Origin: Rhodospirillales bacterium
Lineage (GTDB): Bacteria > Pseudomonadota > Alphaproteobacteria > Rhodospirillales > Casp-alpha2
Assembly (NCBI GenBank): GCA_016187325.1
Contig: JACPJY010000157.1
Span: 1-32,907 of the forward strand
Length of the DNA stretch: 32,907 nt
Reading direction: 5' to 3'
A model generated the notes under the pieces. The model searched no databases and was not told where the DNA came from. It worked only from the letters and a program-made list of their open reading frames with translations. Below, piece by piece: positions 8,719 to 17,231 of the stretch (positions are counted from its first letter, which is position 1; each line of letters starts with the position of its first letter). The translations under genes and the position numbers were made by a program.

Positions 8719-9023
8719 TGACAAAAGCAATGTGTGCACCGGAACGGCGGCAAAACGAGCGGTTTCCGTTGACTCTCAAGGCCGAGGTCAGTTTCGGGGA
8801 AGGCGAACTCGACGCGAAAATCTACGACCTGTCGTCTTCGGGGGCGAAGCTGCGGCTTAAGAAGAACCTGCTGAAGAGCATCGTGCTCAGCATACCGCCG
8901 TTCGGGGTTTTCGAAGGCGAAGTCGCTTGGACCGATGAAGAATTCATCGGCATCAAGTTCAACGAGGATCACAAGGCGATCATCAACCTGATCCTCGAGC
9001 ACGTGGCCGGGACCGCTCCCTGA
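8718..9023 (+). CDS. Stand-alone PilZ domain protein (c-di-GMP receptor)
   Basis: 101 aa. RRQNER matches the RRxxxR motif and DLSSSG matches the D/NxSxxG motif, with the usual spacing of about 30 residues. Confidence 0.85.
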   Translation: MTKAMCAPERRQNERFPLTLKAEVSFGEGELDAKIYDLSSSGAKLRLKKNLLKSIVLSIPPFGVFEGEVAWTDEEFIGIKFNEDHKAIINLILEHVAGTAP

Positions 9024-9046
9024 TCCCTGCTCCCGGCCCGGGCTCT

Positions 9047-9109
9047 CGTGCCGGAATCCACGGGGCCGGCACGATAAGGCGGCGGCGGTACCTCCCAACC
9101 GCCGCCGCC
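9047..9109 (+). terminator. Two tandem GC-rich hairpins downstream of the PilZ gene (putative terminator, no U-tract)
   Basis: Hairpin 1: CGTGCCGG (9047-9054) pairs with CCGGCACG (9066-9073). Hairpin 2: GGCGGCGGCGG (9078-9088) pairs with CCGCCGCCGCC (9099-9109). No T-run follows either one. Confidence 0.4.
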
Positions 9110-9198
9110 GAGCCCGCGTCGGCCGCCTAATCACAAAACCGGAAGATACCGGCGCTCGGACGCATCCGGCCGGCCTCGCATGGCAGGAGGGGAAACCC

Positions 9199-9204
9199 TA
9201 TAAT
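9199..9204 (+). promoter_or_regulatory. Candidate -10 box (TATAAT) for the LysR gene
   Basis: Perfect TATAAT about 40 nt upstream of the ATG at 9243. The -35 region is weak (TCGCAT at 17-nt spacing). Confidence 0.3.
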
Positions 9205-9242
9205 CGCGGTTGCATCGCCCGCACGCGGGCCGCATCCAGCGG

Positions 9243-10226
9243 ATGGTCATGAGTCATCGCGATAATTTGCAACCGCTCGACGAGCAAGGGAATGACGGCA
9301 GCACGCCCTCTTGGGACGGCTTCGAGGCGCCGCTCCGCTACGACTGGCACGATATCGTCTTCTTCCTGGAGTTGGTCCGCCACGGCCAGCTCGTCGGTGC
9401 GGCCAAGCGCCTGAAGGTCAACCACACGACCGTGAGTCGCCGCATGCGCGAGCTCGAGCGCGCCCTGAAGACCAAACTGTTCAGCCGTACCAAATCCGGT
9501 TTCGTGCTGACGGAAGCGGGATTGAAGATCCTCGAACATGCCGAAGCCATGGAGTACCAGGCGAACTCCATCGCCCAGGCGGTCGGCATCGAGGGCGAGG
9601 AAGCCGGCGGCGCCGTGCGCATCGCCACCATGGAGGGAATCGGCAGCTTCTATCTGGGACCGCGCATCAAGCGGTTCCACGATCTTCACCCGGCCGTCCT
9701 GATCGAATTGGTGACGTCGTCCGGACTGATCAACCTATCGCGGCGCGAGGCCGACATTTTCATCAGCTTCCCGCGCCCGGCGGAGCGCCGGCTGTCGGTT
9801 CGCAAGATCGGCGAATTCCAGGTCGGGCTGTTCGCGTCGTCGGCCTATCTGAGGCGTCGCGGCGTGCCGGAGCGGAAGGCGGAACTGGAGGGGCACGATT
9901 TCGTCGACTACATCGACGATATGATCCAAATCCAGGCCGTCCGCTGGCTGACCGACGTGGTGGTGCCGCGCAACGTGGTATTCCGATCGACCAGCCTGAT
10001 CGCCCAGTACACCAGCGCCTCCATGGGGCTGGGGGTCGCCATGCTGCCGACTTTCGTCGCCGCCCATAATCCGGATCTGAAGCGGGTGCTGCCGAAGCTG
10101 TCTGCGACCCGCGACATCTGGCTGTCGGTGCATGAGGACCTGCTGCACACCTCGAAGATCAACGCCGTCATCCGCTTCATCACCGACCAGGTGCGCCGCG
10201 ACCAGGATTTCCTGCTCGGCCAATAA
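9243..10226 (+). CDS. LysR family transcriptional regulator
   Basis: HTH: FFLELVRHGQLVGAAKRLKVNHTTVSRRMRELERALKTKLFSR, followed by a LysR substrate-binding domain. The track start at 9210 is a TTG that overlaps the TATAAT box. ATGs at 9243 and 9249 are more plausible, so the exact start is uncertain. Confidence 0.88.
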   Translation: MVMSHRDNLQPLDEQGNDGSTPSWDGFEAPLRYDWHDIVFFLELVRHGQLVGAAKRLKVNHTTVSRRMRELERALKTKLFSRTKSGFVLTEAGLKILEHAEAMEYQANSIAQAVGIEGEEAGGAVRIATMEGIGSFYLGPRIKRFHDLHPAVLIELVTSSGLINLSRREADIFISFPRPAERRLSVRKIGEFQVGLFASSAYLRRRGVPERKAELEGHDFVDYIDDMIQIQAVRWLTDVVVPRNVVFRSTSLIAQYTSASMGLGVAMLPTFVAAHNPDLKRVLPKLSATRDIWLSVHEDLLHTSKINAVIRFITDQVRRDQDFLLGQ

Positions 10227-10432
10227 GGTCGAGCGGCCCAAACTTGTGTGCATTTTTGCACATTATGTTTCCGATTTTTGTCTTTCATTCTGCAAGAAAC
10301 TTCATCATCGTCTTGCTATCAGCGGCGCAATAAACTGAAAAACGGCGGCTGCCCGGTTGACCGCCACGCCGTTGCCGGACCGTGGACCGGCGCCCGCCGG
10401 TTTCGAACGGCGACCGCAAGGGAGGGGCTTCG

Positions 10433-11293
10433 GTGTCCGATCTCGTCATCATCCTGGCCATGAACGGCTTGGTGTGGGGGCTGATCATCGCGCTCATCGC
10501 GCTCGGGCTCTCCATCATCTTCGGGCTTCTCGACATCATCAACGTGGCGCATGGCGATTTCTTCATGGTCGGCACGGTGTTCGCCTGGACCGTGATTTTG
10601 ATCACCGGCAACTTCTGGCTCGCTTTCCTGATCGTGCCGTTGATCGGCATGCTGCTCGGCTCGCTGGTCGAGCGCGCGGTGATCCGACCGGTGGAGAACT
10701 CGGCGGCGCTCAGCATCGTTGCCACCTTCGGGCTCAGCCTGATCCTGCAGGAAGCCGTGCGCGCCACCTTCGGCGCCACCCCGAAGCGGATCCTGGATCC
10801 GATCGGCGTCACGGTACCGATCCTCGGCCTCGACTACCAAGTGTACCGCCTATTCGCCGCCGCGATCGCCATCGCCGCCATCGTCGCCTTCTTCCTGTTC
10901 CTGCACCGCACCAAGTTCGGTACCTGGATGCGCGCTACCCGCCAGGACCGCGACACCGCCATCGCCATGGGCGTGCCGTCGAACCGCATCTTCGTCGTCA
11001 CCTTCGGTCTCGGCACCGCGTTGGCCATGCTGGGCGGCGTGGTGGCGGCGCCGATCACCACCGTCGAATTCCGTTTAGGGCTGGACGTGCTGCCGCTGTG
11101 CTTCATGGCGGTAATCATCGGCGGACTGGGCAATCTTCCCGGAACGGCGACGGCGGCGGTGTTGCTGGCGTTCGTCGAGGGCATCATCACTAGTTTCGCC
11201 GAGCCGACGACGGCGCGCATCTTCTCGCTGATCTTCATGAGCGGTGTGCTGCTGCTGCGCCCGCAGGGCATTTTCGCGAGGTCGACCCGGTGA
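10433..11293 (+). CDS. Branched-chain-amino-acid-type ABC transporter permease (LivH family)
   Basis: The GTG at 10433 follows GGGAGGGG. NGLVWGLIIALIALGLSIIFGLLDIINVAHGDF is the typical LivH N-terminus. The stop overlaps the next start (GTGA). Confidence 0.88.
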   Translation: MSDLVIILAMNGLVWGLIIALIALGLSIIFGLLDIINVAHGDFFMVGTVFAWTVILITGNFWLAFLIVPLIGMLLGSLVERAVIRPVENSAALSIVATFGLSLILQEAVRATFGATPKRILDPIGVTVPILGLDYQVYRLFAAAIAIAAIVAFFLFLHRTKFGTWMRATRQDRDTAIAMGVPSNRIFVVTFGLGTALAMLGGVVAAPITTVEFRLGLDVLPLCFMAVIIGGLGNLPGTATAAVLLAFVEGIITSFAEPTTARIFSLIFMSGVLLLRPQGIFARSTR

Positions 11294-12315
11294 CGGCGGC
11301 GGGCGTCGCGCCCGCCGGGCCGACGCCCGGCGCATTCTTCGCCGCTGGCGCCGCCGGCTGGGGCTTCGGCGGGCTTGCCGCCGCGCTCGCCCTGTTGCCG
11401 CTGGTGGTGCCCGACTATCAGCAGGTGTTCGTCGCCGAGATCTTGGTGTGGGGCCTGTTCGCGATGTCGTTCGCAATCGTGTTCGGATTCGGCGGCATGC
11501 TGTCGTTCTCGCAAGCGGTGTTTTTCGGCATGGGCTGCTACGGCTTCAACCTCGGCACTCTGTATTTCGGTTTCAACACCTGGGGCGCGGTGGTTTCCGC
11601 CGTGCTCGCCGCGGCTCTGCTCGCGCTACCGGTCGGCTACATCGCCACCCGGGTACGCCACCACCATTTCCTGATTGTCACCGTCATCATTTCGGTGTTG
11701 GTGACGACGGTGCTCGAATCCGGGCACTGGCGCTGGATCGCCGGGCCCTATGTCACGGTGTCGCTGACTTTCGTGCCGGAAGTGCCGCTCGGGTTCACCC
11801 GCTTCAGCTTCATCGATGAATGGGTCGCTTATTATTTCACCGTGGTCATGGTGGCGGCGGCGTTCTTCCTCGCCTGGCGGATCGTTCATTCGCCGTTCGG
11901 CCGCGCCATGCTGGCGATCAAGGACAACGAGATGCGGGCGCAGATGATCGGACTCAACGTCAACAAGCTGCGCTGGATGCTGTTCGTCCTCGCCGCCGGC
12001 ATCGCCGGGCACGCTGGCGCGCTGTACGCGCTGCTGGCCCGCTACACGAACTTGGAGTTTTTCCACTGGATCTATTCCGGCAAGGCCATCGTCATGGCGA
12101 TGATCGGCGGCGTCGGCTCGCTGGTCGGGCCGTTCGTCGGCACCGCCTTTTACATGCTGTCGACCGAGTATCTGTCGCGCTACTTCCAGCAGTTCATCAT
12201 CGTGTTCGGGTTCATCCTGCTGCTGGTCGTTCGCTACGCGCCGGACGGCATCTGGGGCATGGTGTTGCGCGGGGCCAGAGGATTGGGGCGTCATGGGCAG
12301 GCTTCGAAACCTTGA
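11290..12315 (+). CDS. ABC transporter permease, LivM family (copy 1, divergent)
   Basis: GTG start at 11290 overlaps the upstream stop. GGMLSFSQAVFFGMGCYG and AIKDNEMRAQMIGLN fit the LivM pattern. Confidence 0.82.
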   Translation: MTAAGVAPAGPTPGAFFAAGAAGWGFGGLAAALALLPLVVPDYQQVFVAEILVWGLFAMSFAIVFGFGGMLSFSQAVFFGMGCYGFNLGTLYFGFNTWGAVVSAVLAAALLALPVGYIATRVRHHHFLIVTVIISVLVTTVLESGHWRWIAGPYVTVSLTFVPEVPLGFTRFSFIDEWVAYYFTVVMVAAAFFLAWRIVHSPFGRAMLAIKDNEMRAQMIGLNVNKLRWMLFVLAAGIAGHAGALYALLARYTNLEFFHWIYSGKAIVMAMIGGVGSLVGPFVGTAFYMLSTEYLSRYFQQFIIVFGFILLLVVRYAPDGIWGMVLRGARGLGRHGQASKP

Positions 12316-13300
12316 ACCGATGCAGATCCTGGGTCTGCTGGGCGCGCTGTTCTTCCTGACGGCACCTTACGCGCTGCCGCTGGTGGTTCCCGGCTTCTGG
12401 GTCAACATCACGGCCGAGATCATGATTTGGGCCCTGTTTGCGGCCAGCGTCAATTTGCTGTTCGGGTACACCGGGCTGCTGTCGTTTGGCCAGGCGCTAT
12501 ATTTCGGCATGGGTGCCTATGGGGTCGCACTGTCGATCGAGTTTTTCCACTTCTCGTTCTGGCCGGCGGCGCTGACCGGCATCGCGGTGGCGACGCTGAG
12601 CGCCTTCGTCACCGGCATCTTCGCGGCGCGCCTGACGTGGCATTACTTCGCCATCATCACCGTCGTGTTCTCGTTGATCTTCTTCTTCTTCGCCGTCGGC
12701 TGGAAGGACGTCACCGGCGGCGACGACGGGATGCCGTTCACCATGCCGCCGGTGCTGAAGGTCGGCGGCCTCGAGTTGAGCCTGCTCGACCTCACGTTCC
12801 AGTATTATTTCATCCTGGCGGTCGTCGGCGCCTGCTTTGGGATGATGCATCTGCTCCTGAAAAGCCCGCTCGGCTACGCCTTCATCGCGGTGCGCGAGAA
12901 CACGGCCAGGGCCGGTCTCGTCGGCTACAACGCCTACATGGTGCGGTTGTTGTCGTTCGTCTTCTCTGGCTTCTTCGCCGGCGTCTCGGGGGTGCTGTTC
13001 GCGCTGTTCTCGCGCTACGCGTCGGCGCATTTCCTGTTCTGGACGGTATCGGGCGAGGGCGTGGTGTGGGCTGTCGTCGGCGGCGCCGGCACGCTGTTCG
13101 GCCCGGTCCTCGGCACCGCGTTCCTGATCGTCATCCGCGAAGAGCTGAGCGCCTATTGGGAGCACTACCTGCTGGTCGTCGGCGTCATCGTCATCCTGTT
13201 CGTGACCTATGCACCCCAGGGCATCATGGGCTTGCTGAGAAAGGCCATCGCCCGCTACGCGCGGCCGGCGGCCGGCGATGGAAGGGGGGCCAGGCCATGA
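12293..13300 (+). CDS. ABC transporter permease, LivM family (copy 2)
   Basis: The ATG at 12293 comes after GAGGA. Matches: TGLLSFGQALYFGMGAYG, VTGGDDGM, AVRENTARAGLVGYN. It overlaps the previous gene by 23 nt and the next as ATGA. Confidence 0.85.
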   Translation: MGRLRNLEPMQILGLLGALFFLTAPYALPLVVPGFWVNITAEIMIWALFAASVNLLFGYTGLLSFGQALYFGMGAYGVALSIEFFHFSFWPAALTGIAVATLSAFVTGIFAARLTWHYFAIITVVFSLIFFFFAVGWKDVTGGDDGMPFTMPPVLKVGGLELSLLDLTFQYYFILAVVGACFGMMHLLLKSPLGYAFIAVRENTARAGLVGYNAYMVRLLSFVFSGFFAGVSGVLFALFSRYASAHFLFWTVSGEGVVWAVVGGAGTLFGPVLGTAFLIVIREELSAYWEHYLLVVGVIVILFVTYAPQGIMGLLRKAIARYARPAAGDGRGARP

Positions 13301-14064
13301 CCGGGCCGGTACTCGAAACCCAGAGCCTGACCAAGAGCTTCGGCGGCTTGGTCGCCGTCGACCATGTCGACTTCACGCTGCCGGGCGGCGGGCTGCACGC
13401 CATCATCGGCCCCAACGGCGCCGGCAAGACGACGTTCTTCAACCTGATCTCGGGGTTCCTGCCGGTGACCGCCGGGCGGGTGGTGTTCCATGGCCGAGAC
13501 ATCACCGGCAAAAGGCCGCATGAGATCAGCCGCCTCGGCATCGCCCGCACGCTGCAGATCAAGAGCGTATTCAACGGGCTTACAGTCATCGACAACGTGT
13601 GGATCGCGGCCAAGGGCCAGTCCCGCTTCCTGCACCCGTTCCGTCCCGCCTCCAGCTATACCGACGTCGCCCGCGAGGCCGAAGCATTGCTCGACGACAT
13701 CGGACTCGCCGGCCATCGTGACGAGATCGCCGGCAACCTGTCGTACGGCGACATCGCGCTCCTCGAGATCGCCATCGCGTTGGCGACCAAGCCCAAGCTG
13801 CTGCTGCTCGACGAGCCGGTGTCGGGCATGAGCCCAAACGAGACCCAGCGTACGGTCGAAATCATCAAGAACGTCTCCAAGCGGCTCGACGTCATCCTCA
13901 TCGAGCACGACATGGAGGTGGTGTTCGGCGTCGCCGACGTGATCACGGTGATGACCCAGGGAACGATCCTGTGCCAGGGATCGCCGGATGCCGTGGCCAA
14001 AGATACGCGGGTCCAGGAGGCGTATCTGGGCACGCCCGAAGACGAGGAGGCGGCTGGTGCTTAA
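13297..14064 (+). CDS. ABC transporter ATP-binding protein (LivG family)
   Basis: Start at the ATG at 13297 (MTGPVLETQSL). The long track ORF from 12427 is a frame artefact across the permease gene. Walker A GPNGAGKTT, signature LSYGD, Walker B LLLLDEP, H-loop IEHDM. Confidence 0.9.
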   Translation: MTGPVLETQSLTKSFGGLVAVDHVDFTLPGGGLHAIIGPNGAGKTTFFNLISGFLPVTAGRVVFHGRDITGKRPHEISRLGIARTLQIKSVFNGLTVIDNVWIAAKGQSRFLHPFRPASSYTDVAREAEALLDDIGLAGHRDEIAGNLSYGDIALLEIAIALATKPKLLLLDEPVSGMSPNETQRTVEIIKNVSKRLDVILIEHDMEVVFGVADVITVMTQGTILCQGSPDAVAKDTRVQEAYLGTPEDEEAAGA

Positions 14065-14764
14065 GCTCGAGGGGCTGCATACTCATTACGGCAAAAGCCA
14101 CGTGCTGCAGGGCGTCGACCTCGAGGTGAGGGACGGCGAGGCGGTGGCGCTGTTGGGGCGCAACGGCGTCGGCAAGACGACGACGCTGCGCAGCATCATG
14201 GGCCTGACCAAGCCCTCGGGCGGCGCCGTGACCTTCGCCGGCACCCGGCTCGACCGCATCCAGCCGCATCTGATCGCCGGTCTCGGTCTCGGCTACGTGC
14301 CGCAGGGGCGGCGCATCTTCCCCAACCTCAGCGTGCTGGAGAATCTATGCATCGGGCTCGCCCGGCCGCCGGGCAAGGCCGCCCTCGACGACATCTATTC
14401 CCAGTTCCCGATCCTCAAAGAGCGCGCCGGCCAGGCCGGCGGCACGCTGTCGGGCGGCGAGCAGCAGATGTTGGCGATTGCGCGCTGCCTGATCATGAAG
14501 CCGAAGATGCTGCTGTTGGACGAACCCACCGAAGGCATCATGCCGAAGATGGTGACGACGCTAAAACACAAGATCCGCGCCGTCAACGAGGCCGGCATAT
14601 CCATCCTGCTGGTCGAGCAAAATTTCGTGATGGCCCTGGCCCTCTGCCCGCGTATCTACATCATGGAGAAAGGTGTAATATGCTACCAGGGCACGGCCCA
14701 AGAACTCCACGACAACCCCGACATCGCGCACCGCTTTCTGGGCGTTGCTGTCGACAACCGTTGA
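14057..14764 (+). CDS. ABC transporter ATP-binding protein (LivF family)
   Basis: The GTG at 14057 follows GAGGAGG and overlaps the LivG stop. Walker A GRNGVGKTT, signature LSGGEQQ, Walker B LLLDEPTEG. Confidence 0.9.
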   Translation: MLKLEGLHTHYGKSHVLQGVDLEVRDGEAVALLGRNGVGKTTTLRSIMGLTKPSGGAVTFAGTRLDRIQPHLIAGLGLGYVPQGRRIFPNLSVLENLCIGLARPPGKAALDDIYSQFPILKERAGQAGGTLSGGEQQMLAIARCLIMKPKMLLLDEPTEGIMPKMVTTLKHKIRAVNEAGISILLVEQNFVMALALCPRIYIMEKGVICYQGTAQELHDNPDIAHRFLGVAVDNR

Positions 14765-14798
14765 AGGTTTGATTTTTCATTTTCCAGGGAGAAGAACC

Positions 14799-16079
14799 AT
14801 GAAGAAGACGTCACGGCGAAGTTTCATGAAAATGGTGCTGGCGGGAGGCGTCCTGGGTCAGGGGCTGAACTTGACGCTGGCGCGCGACTTATTCGCCAAG
14901 CCGACGGGCGCGCCGATCGTCATCGGCCACCAGTGCGACCTCACGGGCGGCATCTCGTCCTGGGGCTACTGGCTGGACAAGGCGGCCAAGGCGGCATGCG
15001 ACCACCTGAACGCAAACAACGGCATCGCCGGCCGGCCGGTCGAATACGTGGTCGAGGACACCGAGACCAACCCGCCCACCGGCGCCCGCAAGTTCCGCTC
15101 GCTGGTGCAGCGCTCGAAGGCGGATTTCGTCATCGGCTCCGTTCACTCCGGCGTCAATCTCGCCACGGTGCCGATCGCCAAGGAGCTGAAGACCATCTAT
15201 ATCCCGCAGGGCATGGCCAACGAGATGACCGGCGCCAAGGGCAACCGCTATACCTTCCGCGTCGGCAGCGACACCTATTCGCAGGCCGCCGCTGGCGCCG
15301 CCTGGGCGCTCAAGAACCTGGGCAAGAAGTGGAGCTTCATCTTCGCCGATTACGGCTGGGGCTGGAGCCACTTCAAGGAGCACGAGGCGGTGCTGAAGGG
15401 CCTCGGCGGGGCGAAGATCAACGCGCCGATCGCCGTGCCGCTGGATGCCAAGGACCTGCTGCCGTATCTGGCCAAGGTGGAGAAGGACACCGAACAGCTC
15501 TACTCGATCTTCTTCGGCTCGCAATCGGTGGCCTACTACACCCAGTCGAAGTCGCTCGGCATGGACAAGCGAATGAACCGCTATTCGGTTCTCTGCACCC
15601 ATGAATCCATCTCGCCGAAGGAGATGGCAGGCGCCTCGGAAGGCATCTTCCTCCTCGAGTACCACCCGCGCATGCTCAAGTACAAGGATACGCCACACAA
15701 CAAGAAGGTCCGCGAGCTGATGAAGGTGGACCCGGTGGACGGCCGCGAGGACGGATCCAACCGCATTCTCGCCAGCAGCCACTACTGGGCGACCTGGGAG
15801 AGCGTCTTCTTCATCCAGAAGGCGATCGAGAAGTCGGGCTGGAAGGCCAAGAAGGACACGCCCGAGTTCATCAAGGCGCTCGAGGGCATGCAGGTGAAGG
15901 AATCCTTCGAGCACCCGCAGGGCAACAAAGTCATGCGGGCCAAAGACCACAAGGCGGTGATCGACTTCTACATGAGTCGGATCGAGAACGGCGAAATCCA
16001 CGTCAAGCACAACATTCCGGCGGCCGACGTGGAAAGCCGCTTCCCGCCGCAGTTCGACTTCACCAAGGAGTCGTTCTAA
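14799..16079 (+). CDS. Periplasmic substrate-binding protein (Liv/amide-type, Peripla_BP_6-like) with twin-arginine signal
   Basis: ATG at 14799 (MKKTSRRSFMKMVLAGG...). SRRSFMK is a near-consensus Tat motif. The mature part has the type I periplasmic binding-protein pattern (VIGHQCDLTGG, VVEDTETNP, VIGSVHSG). Confidence 0.85.
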   Translation: MKKTSRRSFMKMVLAGGVLGQGLNLTLARDLFAKPTGAPIVIGHQCDLTGGISSWGYWLDKAAKAACDHLNANNGIAGRPVEYVVEDTETNPPTGARKFRSLVQRSKADFVIGSVHSGVNLATVPIAKELKTIYIPQGMANEMTGAKGNRYTFRVGSDTYSQAAAGAAWALKNLGKKWSFIFADYGWGWSHFKEHEAVLKGLGGAKINAPIAVPLDAKDLLPYLAKVEKDTEQLYSIFFGSQSVAYYTQSKSLGMDKRMNRYSVLCTHESISPKEMAGASEGIFLLEYHPRMLKYKDTPHNKKVRELMKVDPVDGREDGSNRILASSHYWATWESVFFIQKAIEKSGWKAKKDTPEFIKALEGMQVKESFEHPQGNKVMRAKDHKAVIDFYMSRIENGEIHVKHNIPAADVESRFPPQFDFTKESF

Positions 16080-16095
16080 CCGAGCACCCCTCCCG

Positions 16096-16123
16096 GGGCG
16101 GCGCATCCGGCGTTACGCCGCCC
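16096..16123 (+). other. Intra-operon GC hairpin between the binding-protein and nitrilase genes
   Basis: GGGCGGCG (16096-16103) pairs with CGCCGCCC (16116-16123), with a 12-nt loop. Only a short TTT follows. Confidence 0.3.
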
Positions 16124-16166
16124 TGGGGGCTTTCCCGATTCGATCGCCGGAGCGAGGGGTATTTCG

Positions 16167-17231
16167 ATGGCGACTTATCCCGCCTACAAGGTAGCGGCTG
16201 CCCACGTGGCGCCGGTGTTCCTCGACGCCCCCGCCACGGTGGAGAAGGCGTGCGCGCTGATCGCCGAAGCCGCCAGGAACGGCGCCCGGCTGATCGCCTT
16301 TCCGGAAACCTACGTGCCGGCGTTCCCGGTGTGGTCGGCGCTGCGCGCGCCGATCTACAACCATGATCTGTTCAAGCGGTTGGCGGCGGGCGCGGTCCGG
16401 GTGCCGGGGCCGGAGGTGGCGAAAATATCGGCCGCCGCCAAGAAGGCCGGCATCTTCGTTTCCATCGGCGTCAACGAGGGCACGACGGCGAGCGTCGGCT
16501 GCATCTGGAATTCGAACATCCTAATCGGTGACGACGGCGCCATCCTCAACCACCACCGCAAGATCGTGCCGACCTACTTCGAGAAGCTCACCTGGGCCAA
16601 TGGCGACGGCGCCGGCTTGCGCGTCGTCGAAACGGCGCTCGGGCGCATCGGCGCGCTGATCTGCGGCGAGAACACCAACCCGCTCGCCCGCTTCACCCTG
16701 ATGGCAGAAGGCGAGCAGCTGCACATCTCCAGCTACCCGCCGGTGTGGCCGACCCGCGACCCGAAGGGCGGCGGCAACTACGACCTCGCCGCCGCCATCC
16801 GCGTGCGCGCAGGCGCCCATTCATTCGAGGCAAAGTGCTTCACCATCGTCGCCTCCGGCTTCATGGACAAAGCGATGCGCGACCAACTCGCGGGGCTCGA
16901 CAAGGAGGCCGGAAGGATTCTTGATAACAGTCCGCATGGCGTTTCTATGGTGCTGGCACCCGACGCCTCGATCGTCGGCGACACCTTGAGCGGCGGGGAG
17001 GGCATCCTCTATGCACCGATCGACCTGGAGGCCTGCGTCGAGCCGAAGCAGTTCCACGACGTCGTCGGCTATTACAACCGCTTCGACATCTTCAAGCTCA
17101 CCGTCGACCGTTCGCGCAACCGGCCGGTGACATTCGCCGCCGAAGACGTGATCGGTGAAGCCGCCGCCACGCCGTCGGCGGGTGAGGGCCGCGGCCGCCG
17201 CGGCCCGGCGAAGCTGGAGATCGCCGGCTGA
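16167..17231 (+). CDS. Nitrilase-superfamily carbon-nitrogen hydrolase (nitrilase-like)
   Basis: The ATG at 16167 follows GCGAGGGG. Catalytic triad contexts: AFPETY (Glu), HHRKIVPTYFEKLTW (Lys), GALICGENTNPL (Cys). Confidence 0.88.
   Translation: MATYPAYKVAAAHVAPVFLDAPATVEKACALIAEAARNGARLIAFPETYVPAFPVWSALRAPIYNHDLFKRLAAGAVRVPGPEVAKISAAAKKAGIFVSIGVNEGTTASVGCIWNSNILIGDDGAILNHHRKIVPTYFEKLTWANGDGAGLRVVETALGRIGALICGENTNPLARFTLMAEGEQLHISSYPPVWPTRDPKGGGNYDLAAAIRVRAGAHSFEAKCFTIVASGFMDKAMRDQLAGLDKEAGRILDNSPHGVSMVLAPDASIVGDTLSGGEGILYAPIDLEACVEPKQFHDVVGYYNRFDIFKLTVDRSRNRPVTFAAEDVIGEAAATPSAGEGRGRRGPAKLEIAG

Noticed and set aside
9078-9109. GGC/GCC triplet runs as a possible repeat array or CRISPR
   Set aside because: This is a single inverted pair forming one hairpin. 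There is no spacer-repeat periodicity here or anywhere else in the window.
10247-10262. Possible sigma-54 promoter in the TGTGCA-N4-TGCACA region
   Set aside because: There is no GG at the -24 position, and the GC spacing does not fit TGGCAC-N5-TTGC. It is better described as an operator-like dyad.
12427-13296. N-terminal 290 aa of the 545-aa ORF 12427..14064
   Set aside because: This part is an alternative frame across the LivM copy 2 gene (Arg-rich junk). The real ATPase starts at the ATG at 13297, with an ATGA overlap and Walker A soon after.
14889-16106. 405-aa ORF on the minus strand
   Set aside because: Antisense shadow of the substrate-binding protein gene.
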